From Chrysomallon squamiferum (taxonomy: Eukaryota; Animalia; Mollusca), in NCBI GenBank assembly GCA_012295275.1, contig CM022677.1:5952001-6016000 (forward strand): 64,000 bases of DNA, written 5' to 3'. The notes beneath the pieces are model-generated. The model ran no database searches, was not told where the DNA came from, and saw nothing but the letters and a program-made list of their open reading frames with translations. Below are positions 55,063 through 64,000 of this stretch, in pieces. The first letter of the stretch is position 1. Each line of letters begins with the position of its first letter. A program made the position numbers and the translations under genes.

Positions 55063-57734
55063 TTTTTCTAGTTTAATCGTCGTTCCGTTAACCTTTAAAT
55101 TAAAATGGTAGCAGCAGCAGTACTAAAATATTAAAAACGAATTAAATATGTAATGCAAATTTGGAAAAATAACAGCAAGCATAAACTGCTGGATGGTTAA
55201 GATAAATTTTCTAGAAAGACTGGGTCCCTTTTACACATGCATATTATTGATAAACACAAAGTAGACAAATGAATATTTGTTACGGACATACAAACAGGCA
55301 AACATATGAATATTTATTTCAGACACGCAAACAGACATATATTATATAGAGACAAACAAACAGACAGACTGAAGGATGGAGGAATATTTATATCTGACAA
55401 GCAAACAGACAGACAGGCAGACAGATGGATGTTCATTACAGACAAGCAAAGATACAGACATTCATCCACAGCCAGTGCTGACCTATAAAAGATCCTGTAG
55501 ACAGCGGTCATGATGTGGGTTCCAGTGTGCGGAAAGTGCACGTGAAAATGATGCAAATCCTGCATCTCGAGTCATTTCTGTATCTGCAGATTGCATTTCC
55601 ACGATATCACCTTTCTTTCTAGACAGCAGCAGCGGTCAGCGTTCTGTGCTGCTCTTTCTCGGACGTGGCTGATGTATTCTTCTTTCGCAGGTTTGCGGTT
55701 ATTAACACTACATGTTTGTGGATATTGTCAGATATCTGTAGTTTCTCATACCTGTTGATCTGAGACAGCTGAACCAGGAGGACCTGTATAGCTTTGCATT
55801 GATATATGATTAACAAAGACTTTGCTTTTTCTTTTCTTTTCTTTTTTTTTTCTTTTTTCTTTTAAAGAATGATGTCCAACAGTGGCTCAACCATGGTGGT
55901 AGAGACTTACAATCTGACAATGACAAGACTGGTAATAAGGTCAGTTATGCTACGTGTAGTAACATATGTCCATGTTATCCACAAAGCATCTTAATAAATA
56001 TTTGTACCATTTATTTCGTCAGTTTCAGAACTGAGATCAGCACAGGTGTGTTTTTTTTTTTTTTTCACACACATACACTTTATTTTACATTTTATCTGCA
56101 TTCGATCCTTAGTGCCCGAAAACTTATAAAATGACCTTCAGTTTAAGTTTCTATCTTATCTAATAATCGTTAAAAAATTCTCGGATTTGTTGGCGGCCAT
56201 CTTGTATATACACTTTTTAGAATAACTGAAATGGCAACAAATAAAATACACTTCAATAATTAATTATTTCTTATTTACTGTTAGTTATTGGCATATAGAT
56301 AACATGATAACATAATGTAGTGTTTTAAAAGGCCAACAGGACTTTTATTTGACTTAAAACAGCCACATCTTTAACATTTTTATGGTTGCCATCCTGATTT
56401 ATTTGTGTTTGAAAAACATGGCTGCTTTAGATTCTTCATGCCTGAAAGTCTATAAATCGATCTTCCTTTTATATTTCTATCTGATCTAGGTAAGAAGATA
56501 TGAGGAAAGTGCATTCGGGTGGAATTAGCCTCCTAGCAATAATTGGTCAAGGGTGAGAAGATGTCACCCGGCAGTTTCAGTACATGTGTCCTAAACTTCA
56601 GTTGTCAACACTAAAACAAGGTTAAACACAAACATGATCTTTGTCTGCCGATCTGTAATATTACACATGTCTCTTATTTCTCACACTCCACTCTAAAAAT
56701 AGTCAAATAATTTTTTTCTCATATTTTAATGTGTATGGGAAAGAGATATATTATTTTGCCTTCTCATCGAAGCGTCTATTTACATTACTTCGAAATCCAA
56801 GGTTTTTGTTTCCTTGTTTCGTTTTCCTGCAGACGCCATATTGCCTGCTTGAAATTTTGTTTTATAGTCTAAGCTCATTACGTTTGTATTAAGATTGTGA
56901 ATGTTTCGATGAAATATTTGCTTGAAAGAAGAATCTGTGATAAAAAGCCTTTCTCTGGATCCATTAAAAAAAGGTAAAATTATTATTGATAACTGAAATG
57001 TAATTGAAAATTTAATTTTTGTGAGGCCATGACAGTGTCCATGTTAAACAGTTAGTAAGATTGTAAATTCAAAAGCGTTTTGATAACTATAATCTATTTC
57101 TTTTTATTGTATTATTCTGAAAACAGGAAGAGGATATCTATATATCTATCTATTTATCTGTCTATGAGGAAAATAGATTCGGTCTATCATATAGTTATAA
57201 TTATATATCAATTATATAATTTATATATTTCAGTTATACAAAGTTTGGTCTTTTACATTTTAAAAGTTTTTGTTGAAATGTATTAGTGACATAGAAAATA
57301 ATATTCAAGTGCATTAACAAACGTATATAAGCGATTAACAGGTAAAGTTGAAAAGGAGCTGAAGATTACTGAACGAATAATTAGACAACTCCTATTATAT
57401 TCAAATATGACAAGCATTGGAAGTGGGTGAAAACCATAAACTCGATATATTACGCCATCGATCGCGCAAGAATCATGTGATTAAAAATGTGCATTGTTAT
57501 TCGAGGTTAATATGTTAGGTACTGTTCATTATAGCGCAAAAGAGCAAATAGGAGAGGAAAAACCATACAACCCCAAAACACAACAACATAAACAATAACA
57601 CACACACTCACACACACACACACACTCACACACACACCCACACTCACACACACATGTACTAATAAAAATATCCGAAATATATTTTGAACTTTTTTAATTC
57701 TGTCATTCCTGGGATTTATTTTTCAGATAAAACA

Positions 57735-58163
57735 ATGAGAGCTTATATTTGGTTTCCATCGCCAACAGAAAGTAAAATTGGACATGGTACTCTCGAGCTA
57801 TCTAATGGAACGTACATAAGCTGGTGGCCAGGAAGAGGAGGAGGTAACTGTTATGCACAAGCATCTCTTCGAGATGACATAAGAGCTGAAGGCAGAGATC
57901 CTGACAGGATAATAGACTTGGATGACCTGAACTTAACAGAATACAAGATTGAAGAATGGTGGATTGGCTGGCGGATGAGAGGTTTCTATTCTTTGTTTGG
58001 AGAAAATTGTTGCTGGGTAGTTTATAGCGCTTTAAGAGCTGGAGGCGCCTCTATCGGTTTGAACCCAGTGTGGTCGCCTGCCATTTTGTATCGTTATCTC
58101 CTGAGACTTAAAACTGGGGTTTTTGGACTTCTGGGATCATTCCTTTTTTCAACACCTATATAA
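57735..58163 (+). CDS. Subfamily C copy 4 (Cys-type), 142 aa
   Basis: Intact ORF; differs from C3 at LNE/LTE. Confidence 0.85.
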   Translation: MRAYIWFPSPTESKIGHGTLELSNGTYISWWPGRGGGNCYAQASLRDDIRAEGRDPDRIIDLDDLNLTEYKIEEWWIGWRMRGFYSLFGENCCWVVYSALRAGGASIGLNPVWSPAILYRYLLRLKTGVFGLLGSFLFSTPI

Positions 58164-59850
58164 AAGGTGTCCAAGCTTGGATTTCCTGTAGTAGTATCGG
58201 ATAAACAAGGATTCGTCATCACCTGTACTGCTGTAAAATTCCTGCTCTGATAAAAACTGTATAATTTACAGTTAAAACTGTAGAACAAAACACGAAGCTT
58301 CTACACAGTAAGACAAAATATACTGTTTCATACACTGAGTTGATGTAAAAAAAGAAAAAGCTGTACAAAGAAACAAAAAAACTGACTGTTTGTCTCTTTC
58401 TAACTATCTATCTATATATGTGGGTGAAGAGTGTATGATTAATAATAAAAAAATAACAAAGAACTAACTGAATTTTTACTTGTATCTCGTTACACAATAT
58501 GAAGTGTAAGTACCTTACAATCTGTTACTCTTTACTAAAGAAAATTATCCGAAGAAGTTTTTTTTTTTTTTTTTTTTTTTTAATCAACTCGTAATGAAAC
58601 GATCGTTTTAAAAGTAGTTTATTAATTAATTAATTAATTAATGTATTTATTTATTTTAATCAAGATATGAATAAGGAAATATCTCGGGGTTTGAGTAATT
58701 TCTGTTTCGGTTTCCTTCTTTTAACAGATACGTGTACACACCGTGCAAACAGATAATGTTACGATCTGACCTTTCACCTTTATGTCATGTTTATCAGTGG
58801 GGAATGTGATCTCAAACTGACGTCATCCCTAGTGATACATGTCACTGGTCTGAAAAAAAAGTATGATCACTGTTAGTCACGTGAACTTCATTGGAAAAAA
58901 AAAATAATAAAAAAAATAAAAAAAATAAAAATAAAATAAAATAAATAAATAAATAAATAACGCCATATGTATCTTTTAATATATGTATGTAGGTCTTTGT
59001 CTATCTGTCTGTCTGTATGTTTGTTTATATATTTACGTATGCGTATTTTCTGTATTACATATGTGTTATTAAACTTCAGAAAGATAATATGGGGGGGATG
59101 CAACAATTACGACCTCACAAACGCCAGGTGGCGCTGACGAGACTCGAACGTACAACACTCATGTGATCACAATCCGTATATAAAAAAATATATATATATA
59201 CAAAACAAATTCAAACTGATTAGTAATAACAAACAGTACTATCTTTCTTTCATCAGAAATCTGATAATTATAATTAATTTAATCTGAAATATCATAAATC
59301 AACAGGTTTGTTTCACTATATATAGTTTATAGTATATATAGCAACTCGTATATATACTTTAATTATTATTACAGAAATATAAAAATAATAAAATTAAATT
59401 AAATAAATTCGAAAATGATAATGGTATTACACAGACTGGTGTTATATGATTAATGACACTGATATAATCTGACTTCAGCTCTGTTTAAAACAAATTTAAT
59501 TTTTATTTTTATTCACATTATTAAAAGAAATATATATATGTATGTATGTAGAATATAGAATATCAAATTGTTATTTCCTACTGACAGTCAGAATAGATCG
59601 ATAGGCAAAGAAAACATAAACAGTAAATTCGTAAGATATCAAAAGAAAATGATACGGGGGAAAATCCACCAGAAAATAACCAGAAAAGCAATAAAAATTT
59701 CGAAGTAAATTTAATACATTTTGTCAACGTTATTTGTAACATTTATGTAGATTGTTGATTTCTTTTTTTTTTTTTTTTCAAATTGTTAAACAAATTTCGT
59801 TTGTTGTCACACCGCTATGACATCAGGAAGTGAAGCGAGCACGGAACAAC

Positions 59851-60286
59851 TCAATGAAAAAAAGAAGTCACAAGTCCCCAGAAGCCGTGTTTGACTCTCT
59901 GTAGATATCGGTAGAGGATTCCAGCTGTCCAGAGAGGATTCAAACTAATGGTAGCTCCCCCTGCTCGCAGAGCCTGGTAAACAGTATAGAAACTGTTGTA
60001 ATTGTAGAATCCGAAGAATGCTGTTTGTTTCCACTGAAACCACCATCTTTCTATCATTCCTTCATCCAATGAGAGATCATCAACGCTGATGACGTCATCA
60101 GGATCGGCTAACAGGATTTTTTTGGTCAAATTCAAGACTTCCCGATTCTCCACACCTGTTTAGTATTACCGTATTTTTATTTTTTATGATGTCACGCTCC
60201 CAGGCGCTGATGTATGTACCATTAGACAGCTCAAGTGATGCATGTCCGTGGTGAATATTTGTTGGATTCCAGATGTAGACCGTCAT
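59851..60286 (-). pseudogene. Subfamily B copy 4; same frameshift as B3
   Basis: Near-identical to 51607-52042. Confidence 0.7.
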
Positions 60287-61798
60287 TGTTCTGTTTCCTG
60301 ATAAATAAAGTAAAATTATCTTCAGAAGAATCGCAATAAAGAACCATAAAACCTTTGTGTCTGTCTTTCTGTCTGCCTAACTACTTATCTATATGTGTAC
60401 GTATGTATGTAAGAGTCTATGTATGGATGGATTTACGGATGAATATATGTATATTTGTACGTATGTATGTGTGTAATTATATATCTATCTATCTTTCTGT
60501 ATATACATATATAATTATCTATCCACTTTTCTGTCTATAAAAATGTCTGCCTGGCTATGCATCTATTAATCCATCTCTGGATATATACATACATAGATTC
60601 ATAAACCCAGTCGCAAGCACGTACCTTATTACTTACATGTATACATAAGTATGAACATGCTTGGTTACATACATACTTACAATCGCAGACACTTAAAGAA
60701 AAAAAAAATATATATATGACAAAAGGGTTCGGGAAAAATGTTTTGTTGGAGAGCTATGTTATACCAGTACAGTATGACACGGCTGTGAAAATATTCCCAA
60801 TCTACACAAGGAAATCGAAACGGAGGTAGACAGCAAGACAGAGAGGAGATAAGTCGTATATTTTTTAAATAAAAATAACAACAATAATAACAACAATAAT
60901 AATAACTATAATAATAATAATAATAATAACAACAACAACAACAACAACAGCAATAATAACAACAACAACAACAACAACAATAAATGAATGAATAACTGAT
61001 ATCGAAACTTGTTGCTAGTTTTACAACTATCAGTAAAATAATAAAGTAGGACACTGAGTATAAACGTCACAGTTTTTGTTCTGTCAACAAAATTATTGTC
61101 TCACTGGCTGACAAACTCTGGTATAGTTATTTTGTCTTAACTGTAATAATAATAATTATATGTTACTCACCTAAAGGAGAGGTGTGTTCCCAATCGTACA
61201 GGTGAACGAAACACTGTCAGTATGGCGATACACAATGTAATCAAATCAATCTAGGTCGCATCATTTATCTGATAAAGGGGCTTCACCCAACTCTTCACAC
61301 TCTTAGTTTTATACACTATAAAAGGAGAACAAAGCTAGAAGTAGTAATAAAATAAGCGGGAGGGGTATATGTGACCCCTGCTACCTCTGTTTGTCTACTG
61401 TGTCTAGCCTGTGTCTACTGTTAATTATTTACAGCGGTTTCGATGTCGTGAAAAAAAGAAAGGAAAAAATAAATGAAAAGACAATAAGCACGAAGATAAA
61501 ATATTCCTTTCACTACGTTATAATGAAGTTTTATTAATTTAAGTTCTGTAATATTCTATAATTTTAACAAATATATACTATTTTAAATTATAATCCTCTG
61601 TCTGTACTAAATATGTATGTATGTATGTATGTATGTATGCATGTATGTATGTATGTATGTATGTATGTATGTTTGTGTGTGTGTGTGTGTATGTGTATGG
61701 TTGTATGAATGTATATATAAGGTATTTATGCATGTCTGTATGTATTCAGATTTAAAAAACGAAATTGCTCTTGAATTGTTTATTATTATTATTATTAT

Positions 61799-61836
<38 letters not shown>

Positions 61837-62328
61837 TTTTTCTCTTTAGTTTTTAAAATTTTATCTCTATGTATTCGAACTGATTTAAAGCTGACCATTA
61901 TAATGTGCTTTCGTCCAGTTCATTTTTATATCTTTTATTTATTTAAGTTGTAAACTTCTATGATATTAGTAAATAAATACTATTTTAAATTATAATTGCC
62001 TGCCTCTCTGTATGTATGTATATATGTGTTTGTCTTTATGTGTGTATGTATGTATAAATACACCTATGATGCTTATGCATGATTCTATGTGTTTTGAAAA
62101 TAAAAATAATAAAATACAAAAAAGTAATTAAAAACAAAATTAAAATTAAAAAATTAAAAATCTAATTTTACGTCTAGTTATTCGAGTTGACTTAAAGTAG
62201 ACCATTGTAATGTATATTACAGTGTGTATCGAACCATTTGACCTTTTTAGGGTAACTTTGTTGTACTTGCTCGTTTTGGGCTGTTTAATTACACATAGCT
62301 TTGTACAGACGTATTATTCAGAATAAAA

Positions 62329-63057
62329 TGTCCTGTGAACTATAACGGTATGTCCTGTGAACTATAACGGGATATCGTGTGAACTATAATCGGCTGTCCT
62401 GTGAACTATAACAGGATGACCTCTGAACTATAATGGGCTGTCCTGTGAACTATAATGGGCTGTCCTGTGAACTATAAGGCGGTGTCCTGTGAACTATAAC
62501 AGGGGTGTCCAGTGAACTATAACAGGATATCCTGTGAACTATAACGGTATGTCCTGTGAACTATAATGGGCTGTCCTGTGAACTATAACAGGATGACCTC
62601 TGAACTATAATGGGCTGTCCTGTGAACTATAAGGCGGTGTCCTGTGAACTATAACGGGGTGTCCAGTGAACTATAACAGGATATCCTGTGAACTATAACG
62701 GTATGTCCTGTGAACTATAATGGGCTGTCCTGTGAACTATAACAGGATGACCTCTGAACTATAATCGGCTGTCCTGTGAACTATAAGTCGGTGTCCTGTG
62801 AACTATATCGGGATGTCCTGTGAACTATAACGGGGGTGTCATGTGAACTATAACGGGATGTCCTGTGAACTATAACGGGGTGTCCTGTGAACTATAACGG
62901 GGTGTCCTGTGAACTATAACGGGATGTCCTGTGAACTATAACGGGGTGTCCTGTGAACAATCACGGGATGTCCTGTGAACTATAACTGGATGTCCTGTGA
63001 ACTATAACGGGATGTCCTGTGAACTATAACGTGGTGTCCTGTGAACTAAGACAGGAA
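62329..63057. repeat. 22-bp minisatellite copy 3
   Basis: Same unit. Confidence 0.95.
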
Positions 63058-63271
63058 TTCCTGTTACTGGGCAGTCAGTAAATCAGAATATTGCTCCTTC
63101 GCGATTTTACCAGTTTCAACATTTACTCCTAATGTGTGTGTGGGTGTTTATATTGATGTATGCATGGATGTATGTGTGTGTGTCTGTATTTATGTATGGA
63201 TATGCTGGAACCATGACAGACAACCAGTTCACTTCTACGTTTATTGGTGGGAAAACCATTTTTAGGCTGAA

Positions 63272-63329
<58 letters not shown>

Positions 63330-64000
63330 TTTTTTAGTTTAATCGTCGTTCCGTTAACCTTTAAATTAAAATGGTAGCAGCAGCAGTACTAAAATATTAA
63401 AAACGAATTAAATATGTAATGCAAATTTGGAAAATAACAGCAAGCATAAACTGCTGGATGGTTAAGATAAATTTTCTAGAAAGACTGGGTCCCTTTTACA
63501 CATGCATATTATTGATAAACACAAAGTAGACAAATGAATATTTGTTACGGACATACAAACAGGCAAACATATGAATATTTATTTCAGACACGCAAACAGA
63601 CATATATTATATAGAGACAAACAAACAGACAGACTGAAGGATGGAGGAATATTTATATCTGACAAGCAAACAGACAGACAGGCAGACAGATGGATGTTCA
63701 TTACAGACAAGCAAAGATACAGACATTCATCCACAGCCAGTGCTGACCTATAAAAGATCCTGTAGACAGCGGTCATGATGTGGGTTCCAGTGTGCGGAAA
63801 GTGCACGTGAAAATGATGCAAATCCTGCATCTCGAGTCATTTTGTATCTGCAGATTGCATTTCCACGATATCACCTTTCTTTCTAGACAGCAGCAGCGGT
63901 CAGCGTTCTGTGCTGCTCTTTCTCGGACGTGGCTGATGTATTCTTCTTTCGCAGGTTTGCGGTTATTAACACTACATGTTTGTGGATATTGTCAGATATC

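Larger units (their letters stand above)
45470..64000. repeat. Tandem segmental duplication with about 8.24 kb period (2 units plus part of a third)
   Basis: Offsets 49494->57735 (8241) and 51607->59851 (8244); third copy starts near 62000. Confidence 0.92.

Overview
AT-rich, microsatellite-dense animal genomic DNA, most likely from a shelled mollusc (it holds the 5' exons of an EGF-EGF-ZP shell-matrix-type gene). The window is dominated by an expanding cluster of about 18 copies or fragments of an unnamed family of small (142-184 aa) genes whose CDS is a single exon. Their His...Asn-Cys motif order (GHxxL..YISWWP..YSL..NCC..W.P..LY) fits the permuted papain-like NlpC/P60 clan (LRAT/PLAAT, PPPDE); this is inferred from motifs, not from a search. 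The family splits into Cys-type genes (C, D) and Cys->Ser-type genes (A, B), which repeatedly sit in convergent pairs. Copies carry ISRE-like (GAAANNGAAAC) and NF-kB-like motifs, show patchwork gene conversion, and are multiplied by 12.3 kb, about 5.3 kb and 8.24 kb tandem segmental duplications. Other content: a pogo/Tigger-like MITE, a decayed LINE endonuclease fragment, a 22-bp minisatellite that can be traced to a single-copy precursor, and a 200-N gap that cuts the EGF-ZP gene. Several frameshifts lie in homopolymers and may be assembly errors.
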